Source: an uncultured Verrucomicrobiae bacterium (GTDB lineage: Bacteria; Verrucomicrobiota; Verrucomicrobiia; Limisphaerales; Palsa-1400). Taken from it: a DNA stretch of 64,000 nucleotides. Positions within the stretch are counted from its first letter, which is position 1. Each line of letters begins with the position of its first letter. Location: NCBI GenBank assembly GCA_963764165.1, contig CAVXRD010000002.1:640001-704000 (forward strand), given 5' to 3'. The notes beneath the pieces were generated by a model. The model saw nothing but the letters and a program-made list of their open reading frames with translations, did not search any database and was not told where the DNA came from. Of this stretch, positions 38,132-47,743 are shown piece by piece. The translations under genes were made by a program, and so were the position numbers.

Positions 38132-39637
38132 ATGACTGCCAAAGACGCCCAATCGCTGGCTGCGCCAGTTCCGGCCAATCCGTCCGCGGTTCCAGCCACG
38201 GCCACGGCGAGTGAGGTGCCGCTATGCGTCGACCTCGATCACACGCTGATCAAAACCGATTGCTTCTGGGAAACGGCGGTTCGGATGCTGTTTCGGCGCC
38301 CATTCCAATTTTTCATCCTCGTGCTCGGAAGCTGGCGAGGGCGCGCGTGGCTCAAGCGGCGCATTTGGGAAACCCAGAAACTCTCGCCCGACTCCCTGCC
38401 CTACAATTCCCAAGTAATCGACCTAATCCGGCAGCAGAAAGCAGCGGGCCGGCAAATTCTTCTTGTCACCGCCAGCGACCAGGCGGCGGCGGAAATGGTT
38501 GGCGCGCATTTGAAACTGTTTGATGAAGTGGTCGGCAGCGATGGCAAAACCAATTTGATCGGCTCGCAAAAGTCAGCTTATCTCGTCCAGCGTTTCGGAT
38601 TGGGCGGATTTGATTACGCGGGCGATTCGGCGGCGGACATCAAAGTGTGGTCCGCTGCCCGCCACGCTTACGCCGCAAGTCCCGTCCCGAAAGCGCGGCG
38701 CTGGCTGGCGCGGCGCGGAACTGCCGTCACTACAGTCAGCGAGCGGAAGAGCCAATGGGCGGCCCTGGGGCGGGCGCTGCGGCCGCAACATTGGGTCAAG
38801 AATATTTTAATTTTCATGCCCGCGCTCGCCGCCCACATCTGGCACAGCGGCGATGCGTGGTCGCGGACGTTCTATTTTTTTGTGGCCTTTTGTTTCGGCG
38901 CTTCGGCTGCCTACCTCATCAACGATCTGGCGGACATCGAATCCGACCGCCGCCACAAGGACAAATGGCAGCGGCCTCTGGCTTCCGGCGACCTTCCGAT
39001 TTCCGATGCGGTCGCAGCGATTCCATTATGCATCGCCGTCGCGGCATGCTGCTGCTGGATGGCGGGGCCGAAGGCGTTTGCCCTGCTGGCGGGTTACTTT
39101 GCGGCGACTGTGGCTTACTCGTGCTTTTTCAAACGCGTGCCGGTGCTGGACGTCATTTTTCTTTCGGGATTTTACGTCTATCGAATTTCCGCCGGAGCTT
39201 ATCTTGCGCCGATTGAACTTTCGGAATGGCTGGTGGTGTTCGCGATGTTTTTATTTCTGAGCCTCGGCGCGGCCAAACGCTATGTTGAACTCACCACGCT
39301 GGCGGAGCCAAACCGAACGAACACGGCGCGGGGATATTTGCCGGAGGATTTTCCGATGATAGCGGCCTTCGGTGTGAATTGCAGTTGCCTCGCGGTTTTA
39401 GTTTTGGGCCTCTACATCAACAGCGACAAATTCCATCAATACTATTCCCGCCCGGCGCTTTTCTGGATGTTGTGCCCCCTGCTCCTCTATTGGCTCATCC
39501 GCGTGTGGCTGCTGGCGGGTCGGCGAAAATTGCGCGAGGATCCCGTCATATTTGCGTTGAAAGACCCGCCGACCTGGCTGGTCGCGGCCCTGAGCGGGGT
39601 CGTGTTTCTGATTGCGGTGCTGGGAAATTCGCGATGA
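38132..39637 (+). CDS. HAD-fused UbiA family polyprenyl-phosphate phosphoribosyltransferase
   Basis: VDLDHTL and YAGDS (HAD); LRPQHWVKN, NDLADIESDRRH..RPLASG, KRYVEL, EDPVIFALKD. Confidence 0.88.
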   Translation: MTAKDAQSLAAPVPANPSAVPATATASEVPLCVDLDHTLIKTDCFWETAVRMLFRRPFQFFILVLGSWRGRAWLKRRIWETQKLSPDSLPYNSQVIDLIRQQKAAGRQILLVTASDQAAAEMVGAHLKLFDEVVGSDGKTNLIGSQKSAYLVQRFGLGGFDYAGDSAADIKVWSAARHAYAASPVPKARRWLARRGTAVTTVSERKSQWAALGRALRPQHWVKNILIFMPALAAHIWHSGDAWSRTFYFFVAFCFGASAAYLINDLADIESDRRHKDKWQRPLASGDLPISDAVAAIPLCIAVAACCCWMAGPKAFALLAGYFAATVAYSCFFKRVPVLDVIFLSGFYVYRISAGAYLAPIELSEWLVVFAMFLFLSLGAAKRYVELTTLAEPNRTNTARGYLPEDFPMIAAFGVNCSCLAVLVLGLYINSDKFHQYYSRPALFWMLCPLLLYWLIRVWLLAGRRKLREDPVIFALKDPPTWLVAALSGVVFLIAVLGNSR

Positions 39638-40974
39638 AGACGGAGCGATTCCAATCTTGGGGGCGCGTCCAATCCGTCCTCTCGCCGTGTGTCAATTTGA
39701 GCTGGCGCGACGAATCAATTGATCTTCCGCCGGAAACAAAACGCCTGGCCTACGGACTTGGGCGCTCCTACGGCGATAGCTGCCTGCTATCCGATGGCGT
39801 GATGATTCGCACGCGCGGGCTGAACAAAATGATCCGCTTCGACCGCGAAACCGGCGTCCTCCGGGCCGAGGCGGGCGTGACATTTTCGGAAATTCTCGAA
39901 CTTGTGGTGCCGGAGGGATGGTTTCTTCCGACCACGCCCGGGACGCGCTTCGTCACCCTCGGCGGGGCGGTTGCCAATGATATCCACGGCAAAAATCATC
40001 ACCGCGCCGGAACAATTGGCTGCCATGTGCGGCGATTCTCCCTGTGGCGATCGGATGGGATCACGCGCGAATGTTCGCCAGACGAGAACTCCGACTTGTT
40101 CAACGCGACCATCGGCGGCCTGGGACTGACGGGACTTATTCTGTGGGCGGAGATTCAACTCGTGCGCGTGCCCTCTGCGTGGCTCGATGTTGAACTTGTC
40201 CCGTTTCATGGCTTGCGCGAATTCATGGCGCTCGCCGACTCGTCGGCTGAGGTTTGGGAACATACGGTGGCGTGGTTCGACGCGGTGGCGCGAGGGAGGA
40301 ATGTCGCGCGCGGCATTTTTATTCGCGGAAATTATGCCAGCGAATTTTTGCATGGGCGAAATCCGCGGCAAATTCATCCGGCACCGAAAATCTCCGTGCC
40401 GATGCAGATGCCGGAATTCGTCTTGACGCCATTCTCCGTAAAAGTCTTCAACACGCTTTATTTCCATCGCATCGCCAGCCCCGGGAAGAGAGTCATCCAG
40501 CATTACGAGCCGTTTTTTTACCCGTTGGATGCTGTGGATGGCTGGAGCAAGATTTACGGCAAGCGCGGCTTTTTTCAGTATCAATCCGTCACGCCGCAAT
40601 CGGCGGGCCTCGCGCCTGTTGAAGAAATGGCGCGGGAAATTGCGGCTTCCGGCGAGGCGTCGTTCCTCGCGGTTTTGAAAACATTCGGCCCGCACCCATC
40701 GCCCGGCATGTTGTCATTCCCAAAGCCCGGAATCACACTGGCGTTGGATTTTCCAAATCGCGGCGCGTCCACCTTGCGCCTATTTGACAAGCTGGATGCC
40801 ATCGTGCGGGCGGCCAAAGGGCGATTGTATCCGGGGAAGGACAGCCGGATGAGCGCGGAGGATTTTCGCGGCGGCTACCCTGCCCTGCCGGAATTCCTGC
40901 CGCTGGTGGATCCCGCGTTTTGCTCGGATTTTTGGAAACGTGTCGTGCCAAGCCAGATTTTGGAAAAAGCGTGA
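39634..40974 (+). CDS. FAD-binding oxidoreductase, DprE1-like
   Basis: GLGRSYGD, PGTRFVTLGGAVANDIHGKNHH, YGKRGFFQYQ, SFLAVLK, GRLYPGKD; ATGA overlap. Confidence 0.88.
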   Translation: MKTERFQSWGRVQSVLSPCVNLSWRDESIDLPPETKRLAYGLGRSYGDSCLLSDGVMIRTRGLNKMIRFDRETGVLRAEAGVTFSEILELVVPEGWFLPTTPGTRFVTLGGAVANDIHGKNHHRAGTIGCHVRRFSLWRSDGITRECSPDENSDLFNATIGGLGLTGLILWAEIQLVRVPSAWLDVELVPFHGLREFMALADSSAEVWEHTVAWFDAVARGRNVARGIFIRGNYASEFLHGRNPRQIHPAPKISVPMQMPEFVLTPFSVKVFNTLYFHRIASPGKRVIQHYEPFFYPLDAVDGWSKIYGKRGFFQYQSVTPQSAGLAPVEEMAREIAASGEASFLAVLKTFGPHPSPGMLSFPKPGITLALDFPNRGASTLRLFDKLDAIVRAAKGRLYPGKDSRMSAEDFRGGYPALPEFLPLVDPAFCSDFWKRVVPSQILEKA

Positions 40975-41741
40975 TGAATCAACCCTCAGCCATTCCGGCA
41001 ACGCCATTCAACATCGTCGTTTTTGGCGGAACGTCGGCCATTGCCCAAGCCATCGTGCGAGCGGCAGCTCGTGAGAAAAACGTCCGCGTGCTGCTGCTTG
41101 GCAGAAGCGCCCAGCGCCTCGCCAACGTCAGGGATGACCTGGCCGCGCGCGGTTTGGCCGCGGTATTCCAAGCGGCCGATCCCGGCGATATTTCATTGTC
41201 ATGGGAATCGCTGATTCATGCCGCCCTGCCGGGCCGGATCGATTTGTTTCTCATCGCGCACGGAGCGCTGCCAGAACAGGATGAGTTGCTGGCCAATCCC
41301 CTGGAGATGGCCGCGACGCTGCATGTCAACTACACAAGCGCGGCGGTCCTTTCGGCCATTTGCGCGCGGATGCTGGAGGAGCAAGGCGGCGGGTCGCTGG
41401 CGGTGATTGGCTCGGTGGCGGCGGATCGGGGAAGGGGGTCAAATTTCGTTTACGGCTCGACCAAGGCCGGATTGGAGACATTTTTGGAAGGCTTGCGCCA
41501 TCGCCTCGCCTCGAAGCCCGGCATCCGCATCACCACAATCAAGCCCGGCCTGACCGACACGCCGATGACCGCGGACATGCCGAAAGGCCCGTTGTTCAGC
41601 TCGGCGGACAAGGTGGGAACGCTCTCGTGGAAAGCCATCCAGCGCGGCAAGCCGGTCGCCTATGTGCCGTCGTGGTGGTGGATAATGCTGACAATTATCA
41701 AGCTCGTCCCGCGCAAAATCTTTTATCGAACGAAGCTGTAA
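40974..41741 (+). CDS. SDR reductase, DprE2-like
   Basis: GGTSAIA, SVAADRGRGSNFVYGSTKAG, IKPGLTDTPMT. Confidence 0.85.
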   Translation: MNQPSAIPATPFNIVVFGGTSAIAQAIVRAAAREKNVRVLLLGRSAQRLANVRDDLAARGLAAVFQAADPGDISLSWESLIHAALPGRIDLFLIAHGALPEQDELLANPLEMAATLHVNYTSAAVLSAICARMLEEQGGGSLAVIGSVAADRGRGSNFVYGSTKAGLETFLEGLRHRLASKPGIRITTIKPGLTDTPMTADMPKGPLFSSADKVGTLSWKAIQRGKPVAYVPSWWWIMLTIIKLVPRKIFYRTKL

Positions 41742-42199
41742 GCGTTCGTGACAAAGGCATCGGGAGGCTTATCCCGCCGCACCACAATGAACCAGGATTG
41801 GTTCGCCTCTTTGTCGCCGCCGGAAATGTAAAATGGCGTGGTTGCCGGCTGCCGCCGTTTTCTCGCCAGCTTGCCGTCCGCATAAATGCTGATCGTCATG
41901 TCGTTTGTTGCGCCGACGGCGATTTCGACCTCGCGCTGAGGCGCCAGCTTCTGCCGAATCTTGCTGCCGGGGTTCACCTCGACGGTTTTGCGCGAGATTT
42001 CCCAGTAATTCTTCCACTTGAACATCTGCAAGCGGCGGGTGATCTGGGCGCCTGCCGGTTTGGCGTCCGCGGCGGGTGGATTGGCATCCTCGGTGCCGCG
42101 AATCAATTGAACGTAAAAGGTGACAGCCGATTTGTCGGCGGCGCTCGCAATGAGCGGAAAAGCCAGGGCGGCAAGGCAGGCAAAATGGCGCAATTTCAT
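41723..42199 (-). CDS. Secreted hypothetical protein
   Basis: Signal peptide MKLRHFACLAALAFPLIASA; FKWKNYWEI. Confidence 0.72.
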   Translation of the reverse strand: MKLRHFACLAALAFPLIASAADKSAVTFYVQLIRGTEDANPPAADAKPAGAQITRRLQMFKWKNYWEISRKTVEVNPGSKIRQKLAPQREVEIAVGATNDMTISIYADGKLARKRRQPATTPFYISGGDKEANQSWFIVVRRDKPPDAFVTNAYSFVR

Positions 42200-42315
42200 A
42201 CAGCTTCTCGCGGTCGGTGATTAGACGGCACGGGGGGCAGTGCGTATTCGGAAATTCGCAAGATAGGATTGCCATTGGTGGCGGAGGTGGCATTCTTGGC
42301 TTAACTTAAATTTCT

Positions 42316-42654
42316 ATGGATAAGCCAAAAATTGTTGCCTATTTGAAACCCACTTGCGGATGGAGCCAGGGCGTGCGCGCCGTTTTGCGCAAGTATGACC
42401 TGCCTTTTGAAGACCGGGACATCATCAATGACCCCAATCAACGCCAGGAAATGATCGAAAAAAGCGGCCAGATGCTCAGCCCGTGCGTCGAAATCAACGG
42501 CCGCATGCTGGCGGACATCAGCGGGGATGAGGTGGAGGCTTTTCTGCTTTCCAACGAACTCGTTCAACGCAATGAACGCAAGCCAGACGCGCCGACCAAT
42601 CAGCCGTGCGCCCATGAGATGCCGCAGTCGAGCCCGCTGCATTTTAAGGTTTAG
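42316..42654 (+). CDS. Glutaredoxin family protein (monothiol CGWS)
   Basis: KPTCGWS, SGQMLSPCVEING. Confidence 0.85.
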   Translation: MDKPKIVAYLKPTCGWSQGVRAVLRKYDLPFEDRDIINDPNQRQEMIEKSGQMLSPCVEINGRMLADISGDEVEAFLLSNELVQRNERKPDAPTNQPCAHEMPQSSPLHFKV

Positions 42655-42661
42655 TTTGTGA

Positions 42662-42758
42662 GGTAGGACGCCTCGCCGAGGCGTCCGAGGCTGTGGAGTT
42701 TTTCGAACGCGTTTGGACTTGCGTGAGTCCCCGGACGCCTCGGCGAGGCGTCCCTACC
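42662..42758. repeat. REP doublet (GTAG family A) between convergent genes
   Basis: ggtaggacgcctcgccgaggcgtccg ... ccggacgcctcggcgaggcgtccctacc. Confidence 0.9.
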
Positions 42759-43889
42759 TTAATTAGTCGTGGGCAGGAAACGCACGCACATGGGGTTTTC
42801 TGTCTCCACTTTGCTGCCGGTCGGTTCCAAATGGCCGGTCGTTTGGTCTATTTTGAAAACGACGACGGTGTTCGATTCCTGATTCGCGGCCAGCAGAAAT
42901 TTTCCCGTCGGATCGATTTCAAATTGGCGCGGAATTTTGCCGCCGGTCGGGACGCATTCAACAAAGGTCAAATGGCCGGTGTCGGGATCGCATTTGAAGA
43001 TCGCGATGCTGTCGTGGCCTCGGTTTGAGGCGTAAACGAACTTGCCCGACACATGGACGGCGATTTCGGCGCACGTGCTGTTGCCGGAATAACCGGGCGG
43101 CAATGTGCTGATGGTTTGCAATTCGGTCAATGCACCTGTGGCGGGGTCGTAGGATAATGGGTTGATGGTGCATCCCATTTCATTCACGAGATACGCGAAG
43201 CGGCCATTTGGGTGGAACGCGAGGTGGCGAGGCCCGGCGCCGGGCTTTACTTTCGCGAAGGGCGGGTCGGCGGCCACCATGGAACCGGTGGCGGTGTCGA
43301 ACTTGAAAATCATCACTTTGTCCAAGCCAAGGTCACAGCCGTAGACGAATTTATCGCCCGGCCCCGCCACGAGACAATGGGCGTGCGGGCCTTCCTGCCG
43401 GCTCTTATCCACGCTGGAGCCACTGTCTTGAACAAAGGCGGACATCGGCTGAACTTCGCCGTTCGCCGCAAGCGGAAAAGCGGCGAAACTTCCGCTGCCA
43501 TAGTTGGCAATCAGCGCATTCTTGCCCGCGCTGTCCACCTCGACATAACACGGCCCTGAGCCTTTGGCCGGCTGCTTGTTCAAGAACGTTAATTTGCCTG
43601 CCGTCGCGTCGATGGCGAATGCGCTGATGCTGCTGGAATCGGCATTGCCGCCTTCGGTAATCGAATAAAGATATTTGTGATTCGGCGAAATATAGATGAA
43701 CGACGGATGCGCAATTTCCGCCGCCAATCCGATCTTGGTCAATGTGCCAGCCGCCGGGTCGAACCGAAACGACTCAATATTTTTCCGGCCGGAACCGACG
43801 AAGACAAGTTGCTGTTGCGCCCGCAAGCCGACGGGATACATCGCAAGCAGCGCGGCAACGGAAACCAGAGCGAATGGAATGAATCTCAT
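42759..43889 (-). CDS. pgl: 6-phosphogluconolactonase (lactonase beta-propeller) with signal peptide
   Basis: ANYGSG, RQEGPHAH, DLGLD, GAGPRH, SNRGHDSI. Confidence 0.88.
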   Translation of the reverse strand: MRFIPFALVSVAALLAMYPVGLRAQQQLVFVGSGRKNIESFRFDPAAGTLTKIGLAAEIAHPSFIYISPNHKYLYSITEGGNADSSSISAFAIDATAGKLTFLNKQPAKGSGPCYVEVDSAGKNALIANYGSGSFAAFPLAANGEVQPMSAFVQDSGSSVDKSRQEGPHAHCLVAGPGDKFVYGCDLGLDKVMIFKFDTATGSMVAADPPFAKVKPGAGPRHLAFHPNGRFAYLVNEMGCTINPLSYDPATGALTELQTISTLPPGYSGNSTCAEIAVHVSGKFVYASNRGHDSIAIFKCDPDTGHLTFVECVPTGGKIPRQFEIDPTGKFLLAANQESNTVVVFKIDQTTGHLEPTGSKVETENPMCVRFLPTTN

Positions 43890-43891
43890 AA

Positions 43892-45172
43892 CTATTTAAC
43901 GGACATGACAGTGTAATTCCGCTTGCCCTTCCGCAACAGGAGGTGTTTTCCGAACAGCAGATCGGCACCCGTGACAAAACGCTGCGCATTGGCTTCGCGG
44001 ATATTGTTGATGTAAACGCCGCCGCCTTCGACATCCTTCCGCGCCTGGCCTTTGGATGGGCACAGGCCGGAAGCCGCGAGCAATTCCACCAGCGGCACGC
44101 CTGCGCCTTCCAGCTTCGCCGCCTCCAACTCGCGCGTCGGCACTTCGCCCACGATTTCGTTGAAGGTGCTTTCGGCGATTCCCTCCAGCCCGCCGCCAAA
44201 AAGAATTTCGCTCGCGCGGATCGCTTCCGCCGTCGCCTCTTTGCCGTGCAGCAAATCCGTCATGGCCGCGGCCAGCGCTTTGTGGGCGGCGCGGCCTTCG
44301 GGGCGCTCGGCGTGCTGCACCGCGAGCGCGTCGATTTCCTCGCGTGTCAAAAACGTAAAAAACTTCAGGTAGCGTATGACGTCGCGGTCATCGGTGCGAA
44401 TCCAGAATTGGTAAAAGCGATAAACGCTCGTCTTCCTGGGATCGAGCCAGATCGCGCCCGACACGGATTTCCCAAACTTCGTCCCATCGCTGTTGAGGAT
44501 AAGCGGCAGCGTCAAACCGAAAATGTGCGCGCCCGATTTCTTGCGCGTCAATTCCATCCCGGCCGTGATGTTCCCCCATTGATCGCTCCCGCCGATTTGC
44601 AGCTCGCACTGGTGCGCCTGGTAAAGATGAAAAAAATCGAACGCCTGCAAAAGCATGTAGCTGAATTCGGTGTAACTGATGCCGGTTTCGCGGTCGTCCA
44701 TGCGGGCGCGGACGCTTTCCTTGGCAATCATTTGATTGACAGAAAAATGCTTCCCGATGTCGCGCAGAAAACCGAGGAAGGTGACCGAGGTCGTCCACTC
44801 CGCGTTATCGACCAGCCTGGCCGGATTGCCCGCTTGCTCGAAATCCAGCATCTTGCGCAACTGCACCTTGATTCCCGCAATGTTGGCGTCGAGAACTTCT
44901 TTCGTGAGCAATTGGCGTTCGGCGGTGCGGCCGCTGGGATCACCGATCAATCCTGTGGCACCCCCCGCGACCGCGATAGGATGATGGCCGAGCAATTGAA
45001 ACCGCCGCAAGGCCAGCAGCGGCACGAGGCTGCCCACGTGCAAGCTGTCCGCCGTCGGATCGAAGCCCGCGTAAAGGACAATCGGGCTGGATTCGAGGCG
45101 TTTCTTCAGTTCGGGCGTGTCAGTGCAATCGGCCACCAGGCCGCGCCATTCCAATTCGTCAAATATATTCAC
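43892..45172 (-). CDS. tyrS: Tyrosine--tRNA ligase
   Basis: GFDPTADSLHVG, QIGGSDQWGNI, KFGKS, S4-like tail. Confidence 0.97.
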   Translation of the reverse strand: MNIFDELEWRGLVADCTDTPELKKRLESSPIVLYAGFDPTADSLHVGSLVPLLALRRFQLLGHHPIAVAGGATGLIGDPSGRTAERQLLTKEVLDANIAGIKVQLRKMLDFEQAGNPARLVDNAEWTTSVTFLGFLRDIGKHFSVNQMIAKESVRARMDDRETGISYTEFSYMLLQAFDFFHLYQAHQCELQIGGSDQWGNITAGMELTRKKSGAHIFGLTLPLILNSDGTKFGKSVSGAIWLDPRKTSVYRFYQFWIRTDDRDVIRYLKFFTFLTREEIDALAVQHAERPEGRAAHKALAAAMTDLLHGKEATAEAIRASEILFGGGLEGIAESTFNEIVGEVPTRELEAAKLEGAGVPLVELLAASGLCPSKGQARKDVEGGGVYINNIREANAQRFVTGADLLFGKHLLLRKGKRNYTVMSVK

Positions 45173-45176
45173 AGCA

Positions 45177-46220
45177 TCAAACCATTTTCGTTTCGCCGGT
45201 GCCGCGCGCGATTTCGCCCACCATCCACGCCGCCTGGCCGCGGGCGCGGATGAATTTCAAAACGGCATCCGCCTTTTCCGCGGCCACGATGATCGTCATG
45301 CCGATGCCCATGTTGAAAACTTGATAAAGCTCGGTTTCGTCCACCCCGCCCTTCTCGCGAAGGACTTGGAAAATGGGCGGCGCATCCCACGAGCTTTTTT
45401 TAATGAGCGCATCGCACTTTTTCGGCAGCACGCGGGGAATGTTGTCAATAAAACCACCGCCCGTGATATGCGCAATGCCTTTGATAACGCTGTTGCCCTT
45501 GAACTTTTTCAGCAAACTCAGAACGAGCGTCCCATAACTGACGTGAACTTTCAGCAGCGCTTCTCCCACGGATTCTTTGAATCCGGGCAGAACACTCGTG
45601 GGTTTCAATTTCATCTTCTCGAAGAAAATCTTTCGGGCCAATGAATAGCCGTTGGTGTGCAGGCCGCTCGAGGCGAGACCGATGATCGCGTCGCCTTTGC
45701 GAATGCCGCGCCCGTCGAGAATTTGATCCTTCTCGACCACGCCGACGATCGTGCCGCTGACATCGTATTCGCCTTTCTGGTAGAACCCGGGCATCTGGGC
45801 GGTCTCGCCACCGATCAGCGCGCAGCGGTTGTCACGGCAGGCCAGCGCGAAGCCGCGCAGCAATTCCTCGAACACTTTCGGTTCCAATTGGCCGGTGCCA
45901 ATGTAATCCAAAAAGAACAGCGGCTCCGCGCCCAGCACGGCAATATCGTTGACGCAGTGATTGACCAAATCCTGCCCCACGGTGTCGTGCCGATCCATCG
46001 CGAAGGCGATTTTCAGTTTCGTTCCCACGCCGTCGGTGCTCGAGACGAGGACGGGCTGGCGATATTTTTTGACATCCAGCGCGAACAATCCCCCGAAGCC
46101 GCCGACTTTTCCCAACACTTCGCGCCGGCGTGTGGACGCGAGCAATTGCGGCAGCGTCGCCTTCACCCGGTTTCCCAGGTCGATGTCGACTCCCGCCGCC
46201 GCGTAAGCTTTTTGACTCAT
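45177..46220 (-). CDS. purM: Phosphoribosylformylglycinamidine cyclo-ligase
   Basis: YAAAGVDI, DGVGTK, GGETA, SSGLHTNGYSL, HITGGG, FNMGIG. Confidence 0.97.
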   Translation of the reverse strand: MSQKAYAAAGVDIDLGNRVKATLPQLLASTRRREVLGKVGGFGGLFALDVKKYRQPVLVSSTDGVGTKLKIAFAMDRHDTVGQDLVNHCVNDIAVLGAEPLFFLDYIGTGQLEPKVFEELLRGFALACRDNRCALIGGETAQMPGFYQKGEYDVSGTIVGVVEKDQILDGRGIRKGDAIIGLASSGLHTNGYSLARKIFFEKMKLKPTSVLPGFKESVGEALLKVHVSYGTLVLSLLKKFKGNSVIKGIAHITGGGFIDNIPRVLPKKCDALIKKSSWDAPPIFQVLREKGGVDETELYQVFNMGIGMTIIVAAEKADAVLKFIRARGQAAWMVGEIARGTGETKMV

Positions 46221-46277
46221 GTTGGCGCACGTTACCCGCCGCAATGATTCGTGACAAGTTCTCTAAAACGCCTCGGA

Positions 46278-46350
46278 GGTAGGGGCGCCTCGCCGAGGCG
46301 CCCGGGTTTGCGCGTGAATCATGCCACGACCCGATCGGCGAGGCGTCCCT
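46278..46350. repeat. Degenerate REP doublet (GTAG family A)
   Basis: ggtaggggcgcctcgccgaggcgcccgg ... tcggcgaggcgtccct. Confidence 0.75.
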
Positions 46351-46458
46351 TTTGTCCAGAGGACATTTTTGCCGCACGTCTGTCGCGGCTGGCAATTATT
46401 TCCGTTTTCAGGACATGCCCATCACCACTGTCCCGGGCATGGGCGGTTTTTGCCGGGG

Positions 46459-46474
46459 TGGCACGCCTGCTGCT
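46459..46474 (+). promoter_or_regulatory. Sigma-54 (-24/-12) promoter of the flagellar operon
   Basis: TGGCACGCCTGCTGCT = GG-N10-GC, 23 nt before the flgB ATG. Confidence 0.75.
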
Positions 46475-46497
46475 AATCGGGTGGAGAGCTTGGTATC

Positions 46498-46878
46498 ATG
46501 ATTGACGGAATATTTGCGGAGTCAGGTTATGTGGCGGCGAAGAAAATGCTGGATGTCAGCGTTCTTCGCCATCAGGCCATTGCCAGCAATCTGGCCAACC
46601 TCGAAACGCCTAATTATAAGCGCATCGATGTCGCCCCGTCTTTTGAAGCCGAACTCAGACACGCAGTCGCCAGCCATAATTCCGGCGAAATCGCCAGGCT
46701 GGCGCCCTCGCTCGCTGTCGACAAAACGGCGGTTTCGGGCCGCTCCGACGGCAACACCGTCCAACTGGAAACCGAGATGCTCAAACTGAACGAAAACACG
46801 GTCGAGAACACGCTTGAGACGCAATTGGTCAGCGGTTCGCTGGCGCAACTGCGGCTCGCCATCACCGGCAAAGGTTGA
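46498..46878 (+). CDS. flgB: Flagellar basal-body rod protein
   Basis: RHQAIASNLANLETPNYK, RSDGNTV. Confidence 0.92.
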   Translation: MIDGIFAESGYVAAKKMLDVSVLRHQAIASNLANLETPNYKRIDVAPSFEAELRHAVASHNSGEIARLAPSLAVDKTAVSGRSDGNTVQLETEMLKLNENTVENTLETQLVSGSLAQLRLAITGKG

Positions 46879-46886
46879 TTTGGTTT

Positions 46887-47321
46887 ATGATTAATCTCCT
46901 AAACGGCATCGACAGCACATCGTCCGCGCTCGACGCGGAGCGCATTCGCATGGATGTCATCGCGGGCAACATTGCCAACGCGAATGTCACGCGCGATGTC
47001 AGCGGCAAGCCGTATCAGCGAAAGGAAGTGGTTTTTGAATCGGTGCTTCGCGCGCAGCAAGACCTCGCCTCGCCGGAAGCGGGGAGTTCAACGGTGCATA
47101 TCGCGCGAGTCCAGGCCGACACTCGCCCTTTTCAAATGGTTTACAACCCCGGCCATCCCGATGCCGACTCGAAAGGCATGGTCGCCATGCCCAACGTCAA
47201 TATTAACGAGGAAATGGTCGACATGATCGCCTCCTCCCGCTCCTACGAGGCCAATCTGGCGGTGGTGAAAAATGCGCGCACGATGGCGATGCAAGCGCTT
47301 TCGATCGCCCATCATTCGTAA
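46887..47321 (+). CDS. flgC: Flagellar basal-body rod protein
   Basis: RMDVIAGNIAN, PGHPDAD, PNVN..EMVDMI..RSYEAN. Confidence 0.95.
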   Translation: MINLLNGIDSTSSALDAERIRMDVIAGNIANANVTRDVSGKPYQRKEVVFESVLRAQQDLASPEAGSSTVHIARVQADTRPFQMVYNPGHPDADSKGMVAMPNVNINEEMVDMIASSRSYEANLAVVKNARTMAMQALSIAHHS

Positions 47322-47335
47322 CGAATTTCAGATAA

Positions 47336-47734
47336 ATGGACCCTATTTCCGCATTGAGAATGGCAGCAAGTCACGGGGCGGGCGGCGTTTTCCCAAACGT
47401 CACCAAGGACGCCGCGTCGACTCTTGCGAAGTCCATTCCGCAGGCGGAATTGCAGCCGTTGAGCAAGGCCGGCGCCGACACGGTGCAGCGCTCACCCGCC
47501 GTTTCCGGCAGTGGCGCGAGTTTTGAAAACATGCTGGGCGACATGGTGCATGACGTCGTCCAAAAGCAGGCCGCGGCGGGCACGGCGGTCAGCGGTCTTC
47601 TGAGCGGCCAAAACGTCTCACTGCACCAGGCCATGATTTCGATGGAAGAGGCCAACGTCTCTTTCCAAATGATGGTGGAAGTCCGCAATCGCCTGCTGGA
47701 CGGATACCAGGAATTAATGCGCATGCAAATTTGA
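47336..47734 (+). CDS. fliE: Hook-basal body complex protein
   Basis: LHQAMISMEEA..EVRNRLLDGYQELMRMQI. Confidence 0.93.
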   Translation: MDPISALRMAASHGAGGVFPNVTKDAASTLAKSIPQAELQPLSKAGADTVQRSPAVSGSGASFENMLGDMVHDVVQKQAAAGTAVSGLLSGQNVSLHQAMISMEEANVSFQMMVEVRNRLLDGYQELMRMQI

Positions 47735-47743
47735 TAAGGCACG

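Noticed and set aside
43943..45253. 436-aa plus-strand ORF and similar long antisense ORFs (1882-3021, 13546-14496, 27611-28618, 37121-38152)
   Set aside because: Shadow frames opposite well-supported genes in GC-rich DNA, with no recognisable motifs
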